This document shows, in pieces, positions 47,272 to 60,665 of a stretch of DNA of 64,000 nucleotides (its first letter is position 1; each line of letters starts with the position of its first letter). The stretch is from assembly GCF_964355755.1 (NCBI RefSeq), contig NC_092675.1:23780912-23844911 (forward strand), written 5' to 3'. The position numbers and the translations under genes are program-made. The stretch is from Antedon mediterranea. Lineage: Eukaryota; Animalia; Echinodermata. The notes beneath the pieces are model-generated. The model was not told where the DNA came from. It did no database searches and was given only the letters and a program-made list of their open reading frames with translations.

Positions 47272-50200
47272 ATACAGTATGTCTTAAAATAAAACCAGGT
47301 TGCTAGATTTTTAAAAGACTTTTTCAGATGCCTGGTTTGTAGGTGATGAGTCAGTCAGTAGCAGAGTTGTTGTTTTATTCTACACATCATAACACCTCAA
47401 TTGAACAGTAAGGTCAATGTAAATTAATTATTTCCTTACTTCTTATCAAGTTATGATTTGGGAATACAAACATGAGTACTTACTTACTTTTATAAAATAA
47501 ACTACAGTGTGTCGCACAGTTAACATTTTTCATTATTTCTGACTGCTGCAAAAAATTATATAAAACATTTTAATACTGGTAAAATGTTTATCAGAAAAAA
47601 AACTGACACAGAATTAAAAGGCTGCAAAAATAAATTGACAGTTTTTCATTGTTAGGCCTATATTGTATGTACCCATAATTAAAAGAAGTGTTTACAGTCC
47701 TACATGTGTTGGGCACTGTTATTGCAGCGTTGTAAATTTTGTATTTAGTCACTGTTATTAATTTCATTATTGCACTGCGCATAGCTGGAATGACTATTTG
47801 AGATTACATTCATTGTATTGAAAGCTGTTTAACTTCACAGCAAGGATATTATATGATGAGTCACATATCAGTTAGCAAATTTCTCGCATTGTAATAGATG
47901 CTTAAGCGTCGATTCTCTCTCGTAAACCATATCAAAACAGGATGCCTATTTTATCAGATTTTACGTTAATATTCACTTTTAACTCATCCGTTGTCAATTT
48001 GTTTTATTCTACGATTGGCTTGACACATGTACCATTTGCAGCAGCGTAATTGATGACTATTAATTCCAAATAATTAAATTAGAACTTTTTATATACAATA
48101 CAAAAATAATAAATAATAACATTTAAAAGAAGAACTTCCAAATACTGCTGCATACTTTTTAATTATTTTAATATTACTGTAAGGATCATCAAAAAATGAA
48201 TTGATATAAACAGGCCTTGTCTTTTGAAAATAATAGGTGTGCTACAAATGCACTCCTCAATACGTTAATATATAACTCTCAATACAGGAGTGCTGTACAG
48301 TAGGTGTGCTGTTTGTATTTTGGTGTGTAGAAGTTTACCAAATTTAAGCTTGTTGTAAATCGCAAGAGCAGTTTAGTAGTGTGTTAGGTGAGTGGTCACA
48401 CTCGCATGCCTTAAAAGACAAGGCCTGATATGGCATGCTATTGAATAGTTCATGGCACTCGTTAAAGAAGGGAATTCAATGTTTTAATAAGCTTTTGTGA
48501 TATTGGTTTAATCCATAAAATCAATGCATTCTGGTGACAATTTAACTTGAAATGTCCTCTAAATTTTTGGATGCCATCTTGCAAACACTCGCTTTACAGG
48601 CATCAATATAGAGAGTTAATATGGCAGCTATTCTGAAAATTATATTTTAAAAAATGGCCACAAAGATGGAGTAAAAACATATTCCTCCCTCAATACAACC
48701 TCTCCCCCCACCCAAAAAAAAATATATATATACTCCATTTTGTGACATACTGTATTGATCTTCACCAAAACAAACTTGCATAAATTTGCATATAAAGTAA
48801 ATTAGCCAAAAAATATGATAATTTACATCCTTCACCCCTCCTTCTCCCCACACTAATATAAGATATGTCAAAAGCTATTTGACGCCTAAGTAGATTAGAC
48901 CCATTCTGCACTGGTTCAGCATCTAAAATAAATGTGTCTATATTATTTATGAATATAACCCCTACTTATTCAGTGTATTATTATTAATTAGTAGCATTAA
49001 TTATATCAGCCATCTGTTTAGGTTTTCCATATCAGGCTGTTTAGGACTGTCAACATAATATCCATGCTATTTGTAGACTGGGTCATTATCCTAATACCTG
49101 TAGTAAACTGCCTCTCTTTCCCTCATCTATGGATAACTGTATCAGATTTTCAAGGTCGTTTGCTTGCAGTAGTTGCATAAATTATTAAGTATTCTTTGTT
49201 TCAATATGCTAATACATACAGAACATTTTTTTTATTTATGGATATTAATAAATGCTGTAATATTACTTGACTGAAATCTGAAATCAAAATTTAGTTTAAA
49301 AAAATAGTGTCAAAAAATAAATTTTAATAATCCGTAAACAAATACAATACGTTATATAGGTTATATAACAAAAATAAAAACTATACTAAATTATTATTAT
49401 TTTTTTTTACAATTACTGGGCCTATACTAAAATTTTAATAATGAAATGAAATTTGCAAAAATAGAGAACAAAATAATGTAGTGAGGACAATCGGTCAACC
49501 CTGACTGCGGGTTGATAGGCCTGGTACATTCGTGTACAGTAGGGCTTCGTATCATGATCTTAACAGATTGTTCCTGCCAAAAGTGGTCATGAATATTAAC
49601 AACATTGTCACAATGTTAATATTCATGACTTTTATGATTGTCATTGTTTTAAATACAGTACTCCAATGCCTTCGGTCAGACTGGATTCACCAATGTAAAA
49701 GAATGTGCACTTAAAATCACAACCAATAATATATTAATCCTGGGAATTAAAAACATGGTTTCTTTAAATTAAATCATTTTAGATCCATATTAATGACTTC
49801 TATTAAAACTGGACATACATTATACCCTCCCAGAGTGTATTGGCAACAGTCTTGAGTTTTATGAGCATTTAAAATATGTATCTGGTAAAGACGACAACGA
49901 GAATATTGTATTGTTTCCACCGTCAAATAGGGTATCTATTCCCAAACAATAAAATCTCATATGCAAAATAGTAATATATTTCATGAGAACCATTTCTGTA
50001 CCCCCCAAAAAAACCTTAAAAAACGGAATGTTTTGGCCCTTTACACTTCACACTGTACTTCAAACAAATATCAAAAAATAAATAGTGTGAAAAATTACAT
50101 CTGATACCTTGTGTACTTTTTGCTTGCCTATACTATTATGTAGTGAGGTGATTGTATACATTGTGAATTGCACTGTGTGATGATGATTGATGTTAGGAAA

Positions 50201-50892
50201 TTTGGTATGCCAGTTATTTTTTAAGGACACTAGTAGTACTTATAAGGAAACAAATGAGAATCATGATGATGAGCTAAACAGGCAGCTCACAGTCTTTATG
50301 TTTGCTATTGGCCTGTTTTTGCTGCAAAATTTTATATTTTGTATACACTGTACAAAATACACCAGTCATTGTATTTTATTATTTTTTTGAACGAAGAATA
50401 TCAAGATACCAAACTAGGTGTTACACAAATATTTTATAATCATAAATGTACAAATATTTTGTATTAAATAAATTATTGATGACGATGAACATTTTTTATA
50501 TATTCACTTGGCTTTTTCCTCTTGAAAATATACCTTTCAACTTTCACCTCATGAAATTATTTGTACCATTTCACTCATAAACATTCATTATTTGTATACC
50601 ATTCAACACTAATACCAACACCATATATCTCTATGCCAACACCAATGCTTTTTACAATGTTGTATTATGGAAGAAAAAACATTTTTAGTAACTATATTAA
50701 ATAAATGTTTACAGTATTTTTTAATTGGTGTTTATTCTTGATTCTTCTTGATCTAGGTTTAGCTTCTAGAACTGTTTACATGTTGAACTTGCAGCTTTTT
50801 TGGATTAGAGAGTTGAAGCAGGTTTCCAACAGCACATTAACATTAATTAATAATTAATTGTATATTATTTATTTTCCAGATCATAACTCAAG

Positions 50893-53430
50893 ATGGGTTG
50901 CTGCAATAGCTGCAGGAAGCGCTCTAAGTTAAATGAATCTGAAAACCCAATGAACTCTTCACTGGCACCCATTCCAGAAGAAAATGCATTCCTACCACTG
51001 GAGACAATGACCAGTACACCAGGTCTTCGCAGAGAAAGACTGGATGGCTACATCACAGGTTCCAATTTATCAATATCCAAGAAAACTAACTCTAACTTGT
51101 CAATCGCCCTTAAACGGATGTCTGGTGCGAGTTTCTATCGTCTTGCCAGAGGAGGGGACAGCGACTACAATCTGACAGATGATGAGGGCAGTGTCTGGAC
51201 GTTGGCATCTTCTACCATGGACAATCCAGAAGTCGATGACCCAGATTATGCTGCTGATGTCCTTGCCAGTTTACATCTAGGTCTTATGAATGGCCTATAT
51301 ACAGATTTCACTATTGCTACAAGGAACCAGCAGTTCCACTGTCACAAAGCCATTTTGGCTGCTGCCAGTCGATATTTCTCGTTAATGTTTTATGAGAAGA
51401 GGAAAGAGAACGGTAAAACGGAAGTAGTTGCTTGTAAACCTATCAGTTATATCGACCTATCAAACATTGCCCCTCCCATCATGCTCACTATTATTGAATA
51501 TATATACACGGCAAAGATAATAATGTGTTTAGAGACTGTACATGATTTGCTGGTTGCTTCTCAGTTATTCCAATTAAATTCAGCAGAGGAAGCTTGTAGA
51601 GAATTCATTGAAAGAATCGAAGCTTCAAGTCGATTCAGTGATGATGAAATGATCAAAAGGATCCAACCAGAGTACACATTCAAACAACCTTTTCATGTCA
51701 ATGAAATTCTCCTTGGATTGAATAACCAAAGAGTAGAAAAGAAATTTACAGATATTACCCTTAGTTGCGACGATCAAGAGTTTGCCTGTCACCGTATTGT
51801 ACTAGCCACTATACATCCAACATTAGAAGAAAAGATGAAGACTGTAAACATGGATAATCAATTAGTCTTTAAAGGTATATCAGCCTCTGTGTTAAAAACT
51901 CTAATCGCGTATACATACACCTCCAAGTTGGAGATCAATGCTGACAATGCAATAGATGTATTACGTTTGTCTTGTCGTCTACAACATACAACAGCTATCA
52001 GAAAATGCAGCGACTTCTTAAAGTCTTCGATCAACTGTGCCAACTGTTTATCCATTCAAGAAGCCGCAAGCAGTGAACACTGTGAATACTTGAACAGAAT
52101 GGCGCTGAAATATGCGCTGCGAAACTTCAAAGAAGTTATTAAACAGAAAGCATTTGTAATCATGCCATTAAAACAACTGTTGCGTTACCTTGGTGACAAC
52201 AGCCTGAACGTACATGCAGAACAGGAGGTCTTTGATGCGTTATCAATCTGGGTGAACCACAGTCCTGAAAGTAGAAGCAAGTACGTCTGTGAAATTCTAA
52301 CACGTGTACGTCTACTTTTTGTCGATCCAAAATACCTAAAACAGACCATCTTACAGAGTGATCTGATAATGAACAATGTAGATTGTGAGAAGATGGTAAC
52401 TAAATCAGTTGATGTACACCAACAGATCAGAGATGGCAGAAATTGTTCTGACTTGAGGATAAATGCAAGGAGGTCTTATGGAGAAGTCTCGGTTGTAGTT
52501 GGAGGAAGGTATAAGAATGGTGAATGGATAAATGATGTGTGGTATTATGATCATGTTAAGAGGAAATGGATTGCCATGACCTCTTTACCAAGTGGCAATG
52601 AAGAGTACAATGTGATATCATTCTGCAATGACATTTATGCTATCGGTGGCATTAACAAATTTGGAAATGTTGTGTCTGAAGTGTGGCGTTATGATACACT
52701 TTTCGACGAATGGACTCGCGTAGAAGATTTAAATGCACCAAGAATTGGTCATGGTGTTGGCATACTCTTCGACAAAATATATGTTGTCGGAGGTCGCGAT
52801 GGTTACACTGGAGAAAGTACTAATGAAATGGAGAAATATAATAGAAGAACGAATGAATGGAAGATTGGTGAACCTATGACTTATGGCGTGATGAATCCAG
52901 TTGTTGTTGCTCACAGTCGCAGACTTTATGTGATAGGTGGTAGGCACGAGGACGGAGACATTTTGTTTCAATGTTTCCACCAAGATAAAAATACTTGGAC
53001 AGTCTTAACGCATGTCGGTTTGTTGTATGAGCCACGGATTGCTGCTACTATAAAAAACAAAATCTATCTAGTTGGTGGCAAACAAGAATACAATGTACAT
53101 ATTTACGACCCAAATAAAGACAATTTGACAGCAGCAGGAGAGATGCCACATGCAGAAGCTCATGCTAGAGAACTTTACTCTGGTACAACCACCAACAAAA
53201 AGCTGATTGTCACAGGTGGTCATTGGGCAATTGGGACAGCTGATGACCCTTTAATAATTGCAACGAACAGTGTAGAGCAATATGATCCGGTCACAAATGA
53301 CTGGACAGTGCTGGGTCCAATGCCAAGGGCCCTATCACAGCATGGATGTGTTGCAATTAAGAAGTTTATTGGCTTACCGATGCCTACATCATGGTCGTCT
53401 AAATCGCCATTCCATGCACCTACCAATTAA
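50893..53430 (+). CDS. Kelch-like protein with two BTB domains (BTB-BTB-BACK-Kelch), 845 aa, single coding exon
   Basis: BTB1 YTDFTI..FHCHKAILAAASRYF..IIEYIYTA; BTB2 FTDITL..FACHRIVLA..LIAYTYTS; BACK NCLSI..EQEVFDALSIWVNH; six Kelch repeats (VVGG, AIGG, VVGG, VIGG, LVGG, VTGG); N-terminus MGCCNSC. Confidence 0.97.
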   Translation: MGCCNSCRKRSKLNESENPMNSSLAPIPEENAFLPLETMTSTPGLRRERLDGYITGSNLSISKKTNSNLSIALKRMSGASFYRLARGGDSDYNLTDDEGSVWTLASSTMDNPEVDDPDYAADVLASLHLGLMNGLYTDFTIATRNQQFHCHKAILAAASRYFSLMFYEKRKENGKTEVVACKPISYIDLSNIAPPIMLTIIEYIYTAKIIMCLETVHDLLVASQLFQLNSAEEACREFIERIEASSRFSDDEMIKRIQPEYTFKQPFHVNEILLGLNNQRVEKKFTDITLSCDDQEFACHRIVLATIHPTLEEKMKTVNMDNQLVFKGISASVLKTLIAYTYTSKLEINADNAIDVLRLSCRLQHTTAIRKCSDFLKSSINCANCLSIQEAASSEHCEYLNRMALKYALRNFKEVIKQKAFVIMPLKQLLRYLGDNSLNVHAEQEVFDALSIWVNHSPESRSKYVCEILTRVRLLFVDPKYLKQTILQSDLIMNNVDCEKMVTKSVDVHQQIRDGRNCSDLRINARRSYGEVSVVVGGRYKNGEWINDVWYYDHVKRKWIAMTSLPSGNEEYNVISFCNDIYAIGGINKFGNVVSEVWRYDTLFDEWTRVEDLNAPRIGHGVGILFDKIYVVGGRDGYTGESTNEMEKYNRRTNEWKIGEPMTYGVMNPVVVAHSRRLYVIGGRHEDGDILFQCFHQDKNTWTVLTHVGLLYEPRIAATIKNKIYLVGGKQEYNVHIYDPNKDNLTAAGEMPHAEAHARELYSGTTTNKKLIVTGGHWAIGTADDPLIIATNSVEQYDPVTNDWTVLGPMPRALSQHGCVAIKKFIGLPMPTSWSSKSPFHAPTN

Positions 53431-54190
53431 TTGCAAAACTTTTTTTCATTCATATTATAATTTTCCATTCCACATCATTGCAAACATTTTTTTATAATAT
53501 CATTTATTTTGTTTACAAACTGTGCTGCTAAATATGTGCTACATATTTTTTTTTTTAAATACATACCAATCCCTGTCTTTCATAATTTTAAAATTTTCTA
53601 GAGTAACTTGTGACCAATGTCAGAGATTTATATTCCAGTTGTGAACTTTAAAGTAAAGTGACACAAATATAAGCACGTAACTCCTGGGAATAATAGCCCA
53701 CCTCAAATGTAGCTTTCAGTACGTAATAACCCACTTCTTGGTTCTTTAAATATGCCAAGCCAAACCTGTATGTCATCCTGTATGGCATTATACTCATTTC
53801 AGTAACGGTAAATTAAGCAAAATTTGTCCTGTGCAAATTCACAGAATAACCTTAATCCCTCCATGTTCACCTTGCTAGATGATTTTCCCTTGTTTAAAAA
53901 TTATTTATCTTAATGAATGCACTAGAGTAACAGTGATTGTACTTACCTACTTGCTATAATAGAGATCATTGTTTTAAATTAAGGTATTGTATAGTAAGAA
54001 GCATACAATGGGAATAATTGGTTTGCATTGCAAATACAAGATAACAGGCTATATTGTTTTTACTGAGTATATAACTGGGTTCATAGTTTGATGACAAAAA
54101 TCATGTAAAATGTATTAGAAATAAAAATTATGTAGAAATTATAATATGTAATTTAATATTAAAATGTATCAGTATTATAACTTAAGGCCT

Positions 54191-54299
54191 AAAATATCAT
54201 GCTTGTTTGGTATCTCACCCACAGCCATGAACATAATTATACGGTTAAAATATCATGTTTGTTTGCTATCTCACCCACAGCCATGAACATAATTATACG
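54191..54299 (+). repeat. ~56-bp tandem duplication
   Basis: aaaatatcatg(c/t)ttgtttg(g/c)tatctcacccacagccatgaacataattatacg twice. Confidence 0.9.
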
Positions 54300-54450
54300 A
54301 TGGTTGATAATTGTATCTGTTTTCTATTTGACAATGTATAAAACTGTGTTTATAGATTTCTAAGGGTATGTTCACATGTACAATGAAATGTTACAAAGTT
54401 TTCACAAGAATTTATTAATGAATTGCAATAAATACAGATGTTACATTTTC

Positions 54451-54617
54451 GGGTCTTTCACAGTTCCCGTCCGGTGCAGAAAATGCAAATGAACGTAAAT
54501 GTTTTTTATGCTATGCGCATATCGATTGGTGCATAGCCGCGTGTAGCGTCGTGAAAACGAAACATTAATGTTTGATTCGCCGGACCGGAACTGTGCTGGA
54601 ACAGGTGTGAAAGACCC
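54451..54617. mobile_element. Small Harbinger-like MITE
   Basis: gggtctttcaca ... tgtgaaagaccc TIR with further internal symmetry; TSD imperfect (ttc/ttt). Confidence 0.6.
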
Positions 54618-55858
54618 TTTAATCTTCTATACCACTGTCTAGGGCCCTAATTCTCTTGCTACGCCAGCATTATGCCGTACCTAAACATACCCTCGAGACT
54701 AACATTAACAAACAATATGTACAGGTTTCAATTAAATGGACTGTGTAAATGTGCGTTATGCACGTTACAAACTTGCTTTATGAATTGCTAAAGTTTACCA
54801 TTTTACAATGGTATAGTGTATTTACGGTTTAGGATGGAGTACAGGATATGCTCCCTCAATTCAAATATGGTATTCCTTTCAGTGTAATATGAAAAATTAG
54901 AGATTCGTAGTAGACATTTAACATTTCTCTAAAATAAATCAATGTGTAATACTCTATGGCATAAAATATACCTGACATCTTGTGTTCATTCAGACAAGAA
55001 CATTTCATGTCAGAAAAGGTGCTTTTTAGTCTGTGGTGTGTTACCATTTAATTCACATTGCATGTTGCAGCTGTGAGTATGTGAATTTCTTTAGGAAAAT
55101 TGGAATGAAAAATGCACAGTATTCAAAATACTATAGACTCACAGCAGGCTTTAGAAACTGTTAACTTTAATTAAATTTGAGTGCTGTAAAATTTTTTTTT
55201 TTTAAATACACACACTCTGTAGCTCAGATCATGTCACACCATGGAACTAACTCCTCATATTAAAAGTCTACACAACGAATAAGTTTTTACTACCCATTAA
55301 GGCATCTGAGAAACAGAATGTGTGCATTGTTGCTGCTTGTTTTTGTGCAAATATGAAATTATAAATAAAACACCGTCCTTTATGTTGTCTGCTGTATAAT
55401 ACAGTACAACATTATATTTAATTCTAGTTTTTATAAGAAAAAAATACTAGTCTGTAATATCGCATTTTTTTAAAAAAAAAGTTTATTTTCTTATTTCAGT
55501 AAATTTAGACAATTAGACTAATGTTGAATAATACTCTTAATTTTTAGTTAAACAACTGGTTCCTTGAAGAAAACATTTTATTAAGAAGATTTTGTGTTTG
55601 TGTGTTCAAAGAAGGATTTAAAAAATGTAGTTTAGTGGGCAAGAATTAACAAATGTTATTAAAAATGGTTTGGTGTAGATTGGTTGTGAAGTTTATCTCA
55701 AAACTGACCGCCTTTTACAGATAAGCTATATAATATCTGTGTTTTCAAATTATTATATGTATTTTGTGTGTGTAGGAATTATAAATGCCTTGTTAAGTTA
55801 ATGATTGTAAGACAACTACCTACCTATTCTAGGACAATAACCCCTGTAAAACAATTAG

Positions 55859-56160
55859 CCCTCCCGTAACAACTATTTCCCCCCCCCCCTCCCGTAACAA
55901 CTATCCTACCCCCTCCCTTAACAAACAACTATTCCCCCTCCCGTAACAACTATCCCCCTCCCGTAACAACTACCCCCCTCCCTCTCCCCCTCCCGTAACA
56001 ACTACCCCCCCCCCCCCCTCCCCCTCCCCCTCCCGTAACAACTATCCACACCTCCCGTAACAACTATCCACACCTCCCGTAACAACTATCCACACCTCCC
56101 GTAACAACTACCACACCTCCCGTAACAACTACCCCCCCCCCCCTCCCGTAACAACTACCT
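55859..56160. repeat. C-rich minisatellite (cctcccgtaacaacta + variable C tract)
   Basis: About 11 units; lies within a decayed element with related acaactacc / tagttgtc motifs on both sides. Confidence 0.95.
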
Positions 56161-57494
56161 TACCCTTACTCTAACATTAACAGTAATAGTCTGTCAGAAG
56201 TAGATGGTATATGGTTTATAATTTTAGCTGTCTAAAGGGGAGCACATGACCATTCTACTCCTAACCATGGAATCTCCCCTGGCTAGTTGTCTGGTGTTAG
56301 TAATGTCCTAATAGGGGTAGCTGCCTTATTAAGTTAGCTATACCCATTAGAGGTACAGTAGTACAGGTATTCTAGTTGTTTGCACTTGTTATCTGATAAC
56401 ATTGAATTATTTTTGACATTGCAAAGATTATATAAAACTATTTTACTTGTCTACTTTTTATATTAATTATACTATAATACAATAATGCCTTCCATTAAGA
56501 ACACAGGAACCAAAGGTTTTCTTATTTTTATACAGTTTGTGCTTATTAGATTTAAGTTTATTTTGAATTGAGAGGCTGTTAAAACAGTATAGTCAGGCTG
56601 ATCCAGGATTTCTGGGAAGGGCTAAACATACAATATTAATAGCCTGTCAAAAACTGAAAATTAGTTCATAATTTTATTTTAGCTGTCAAAAGAGTGAGTG
56701 CACATCCCTAGTTTATACCCCCTGAATCCGTTTTGTTCGATGTTTTAACTACTGTATACTGTTTATGGTACATGGAAATGGTAGGGAAATATAAAATACA
56801 GTATTTTTTATATTACAAGCGCAATTAATTGAAGTTATATATAAGTAATTTTTTATTCATTAATAATGTTTGCAGCACATGCTATTTTTAGGTTTATAGA
56901 AATACTAAGCATTGTAGTAGGTTGAGGAACAATGGTTCAGTAGTGTTGCTACTATATTGTAAATTTAAGGGTACACCTTCAGGACCCAAAATGTCCTTGA
57001 GAGGATGGTTCTGTAGTGTTAAACATATATTAATCCCCCTCATTAGTTTCACAAGGAAAGTGTCACCTTTATAGGAATGTGTCTCAAAGGAGGCATTCTA
57101 CTGTACATAAATTACACTGTAGATACTTGCATCTACATCTATCCAGACATCTTATTTTACAACTCCCTGATCTATCTATGTATTTTGGAACGCCACCAAA
57201 GTAGTGGCACCCTGAAACCTCTGCACTAGTATTAGATACCATAACATTATTAGTAGGATAACTGTATAAAATGGCAATATATAGTATGTGTGAAATTATT
57301 TGTTTTGTATGCACCACATCAGTTTGGGTAACTCTGATACTCTATTGTATATAGATACATTACATACACATGCATAGAAATGTTGTTTAATTCCCCCAAT
57401 TAAATTGTATATAAAAAAAATTATGAAATATTTGAATGAATCATGTTTGCTAAAATTAATTACAGATGTGTGTGTGCTGTAGCATTGAAATTAA

Positions 57495-57695
57495 ACGGGA
57501 ATTCTGGTTTTTAAATTGCTATTGTGATTGAAATATTGAAGCAATTTATTTTATTTTTATTTCAACAATATTTTACGAGGTTGCTCTTAAATTAAGATAA
57601 TGATAAAATAATACGCTGTTTTATAATGCATTAAATACACAGGATTCAATACATTTTGATTTAACAGTTGCAATTTTTAACCCAGAATTCCCCTT
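57495..57695. mobile_element. Palindromic ~200-bp MITE (Kolobok-like, decayed)
   Basis: ttaaacgggaattctggtt..aaattgc vs gcaattt..aacccagaattcccctttga. Confidence 0.5.
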
Positions 57696-58649
57696 TGATA
57701 TCTTAATTATGTTAATAACTCTGTGAAATTGTAGTCTTCAATATAAAAACAATGTCAGAAAATATAATTGTATATTTAAATATAAAATCCCAGGTATGTG
57801 CAATTAAGTCATTCGTTTTGTTACGGAAAGCAACTGTATTTAAGTGTATAATACATTGTTATTTACTTGTGCATTGAGTAGACCTACTTGTTAAACTGCA
57901 TTTAAGGAAAAATGAATTATTAAAGGTCTGTTCATACAGGCCTACGCACGATAAACAAACTAAATAAATGCAATATAGTTTTTTCTATCTGAGAAAGAAT
58001 TACAAAAAGTTTTCATCCTAGAACTGTGGGTAACCAATTTATACCATCTTCGAAAAAAATAATATTAATGATGTTATGATCAATTTAAAAAAAAGCTTCA
58101 CTCTCCATACTGATACATGGCATCATTTATTTGGGTTAAACAAATTATTTTCATTGAAGACCATGATTATGAATGGTATTTGTAAAGTTCTGGGATGAAA
58201 ACATTACTAATTTCTTTTGTTTTCTGTAGAAAAAAATGTATATTCATCGTTTGTTATATTAAATAGTATAAAAACAGGCCTTAAGAGATTGAAATTACAC
58301 CTTATATCATGTTTAAAATGTTTGCCGTACACTGCTGCGTTATGCGAGTTTCATTAAATAAATGTGTATCAAATTAAATATGCTTTTGTGTATTTGTGCT
58401 TTATTATGGATGTATTTAGTGTATAACCCAAAGGTGAAGAGATAATGACAAGATCGTGGACATTAGATATATCATTGTATTTTTATAAAGAAATACATTT
58501 AAGCATGTTACATACATCATCCCAGGTGACAGCTTGGAGGACCAAGAATATGCAGGGAAGAACCAAACGAAAAGGACACACCAATTTAAAAGGAGATTGT
58601 AAAATCAGTAAAACACATAAAAATGCATAAAATTTCAGTTTATGGCCCA

Positions 58650-58836
58650 CTATGCGCCGCATATATATCTTGTTATGTTTAAATCGCGCCCTCACTTGTT
58701 GGGGCGGCCGCGCGCCGGAGAGAACCGAGTGGTATCGTGGTTGTTGTGTCGTATGTTGTTGTTTTTGTCGGCATCATCATCCTTTTAATCATCAATCAAG
58801 CACAAACAGTACATCAGAAAATTAAATAATTGTAAT
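58650..58836 (+). promoter_or_regulatory. CpG/GC-box promoter and probable non-coding exon 1 of DEPTOR
   Basis: ggggcggccgcgcgccgg island in AT-rich DNA, followed by donor aat|gtaagt at 58836. Confidence 0.55.
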
Positions 58837-59226
58837 GTAAGTACCGATTCAAACAATACAATTCTCAGATGATGGTAGTTAGACCGATTCGAACTCTTGG
58901 CTAGGTCCTAGGACTACTATGCTAGGCCTACCTTTTAATTAGGAAGCAGTCTACTACTAGGCCTAGGCTAGGCCTAGGTCTCGCTAGGAGTAGGAGGGTT
59001 TCCGGCCCAGCCAGGCTAGTAGCTAGGGCTATGTCTGCTAGGTAGGCCTCCTAACTAGATAGAGGAAGAGTCATACATCAAAAAATGCATTTTTTATAAT
59101 TAGTTTTGACATTTAATTTAGGCCTAGGCTTAGCCTAGGACCGGATCAACCCGAGTTTTCGGCATGTATTGAATATAGGACTATTCCATTATTATTTATA
59201 GGGGTGTTAGTCAATATGTTGGGTTG

Positions 59227-60633
59227 GGTGTGCCAGGCTTGTTGAGGCTTCTATTGTTCGTGTCATTGTGCCAATTGTTTTTGTATTTCACTGTGTTTGA
59301 TAAAAACAAACAAAAAACTGCTGCTGTAGTTAGTCTATGTGTCTGTAAATTATATCGTATTTTACACTATATAGCCTATAGGCCCTAACATGTTTTTTTA
59401 CCGTCAACCGTTAAATCATATCATGTTTTATTTTACATTTCATGTATTATTATTATATGTTTTTTTTTCTCAACAGCCGAATCAAGTTATATAGCCTCTT
59501 ACAAATAACAAGAAAAAATACATTCAAACGTTATTCACAATAAGGAATACCATACAGAATAAAACAAATACAATGCCAATAATCTTAATTCAATAACTGA
59601 TAACAATAACAAACTCCATTATAACATTTCTTTTTCTACTTGTCTAAACATCTTGTTTCTGTCATGTTCTTATTTTCCCTACAATGTTCATTGTATCTGA
59701 ACTTGATCTGGGATTCTCTGTAAACGTTTCTTTTTTTAAAATAAACAACAACATTTTTATAAATCTATGCCTATATTACATAGATGTTTTCAATCTTCAA
59801 AGTACGCCTTCTATTAAAATCTGTTTATCAACTACATTTAGATTGATTTCAATATAAAATATTTAAGTAATTGATATTTACAATCGATCGGAAATCTTTA
59901 AAAAACCAATCTATTAAAATTAGACCTACAGTACCATCTATGCTTGATCATTAAATAATTAATATGGATGTTACAATCATCAAAATATGCCTTATATTAA
60001 AATGACCATCAAATAAAGTGGAAGGTTTATTCCAGAGTACAGGACCTGGATGTGGTATATGGACACTTAACAGTAAACCACAGTAAGAATGTTGTTGATC
60101 CAATAACAGGAGTTTTAAATTAATTAATTAAACAGATTAAGTAAGTTAAAATAGTATATGTTCCTTGTGCCTTATTAAATAATGTTAAAGTTCTTGTGCC
60201 TTATATTTGAATAAAGTTTGAAGAATGTATCTTTCGATCTATCGATTTTTTTCTTGTTGTTTGTAGAGGCTATTTGATTCAAATGTTGAGAAAAAAACAA
60301 ACATGGATGTATTTATATAAATTAAAACATAAATTGGATATTTTATATAAATTAAAACATAAATTAAATAAGATTAAAATATATATAAATCTTTTTCTTG
60401 ATCTTTTCTTGTTATTTAGAGGCTACTTGATTTAACTGTTCAGTAAAAAAACATGTTAGGGCCTATAGGCTACTGTATATAGTGTAAAATACGATATTAT
60501 TTACAGACACATAATAAAAGCTATAGGCTAACTACAGCAGCAGTTTTTTGTTTGTTTTTATCAAACACAGTAAAATACAAAACAATTGGCACAATGACAC
60601 AAACAATAGAAGCCTCAACAAGCCTGGCACACC
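59227..60633. mobile_element. Foldback element with ~175-190-bp inverted arms (59227-59400 / 60444-60633)
   Basis: ggtgtgccaggcttgttgaggcttctattg... / ...caatagaagcctcaacaagcctggcacacc; no clear TSD. Confidence 0.85.
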
Positions 60634-60665
60634 TAATTAAATATGATGGATTTACCTGAAAGTAA

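Noticed and set aside
55859-56160. CRISPR-like repeat array
   Set aside because: The spacers are just C tracts; eukaryotic context with no cas genes.
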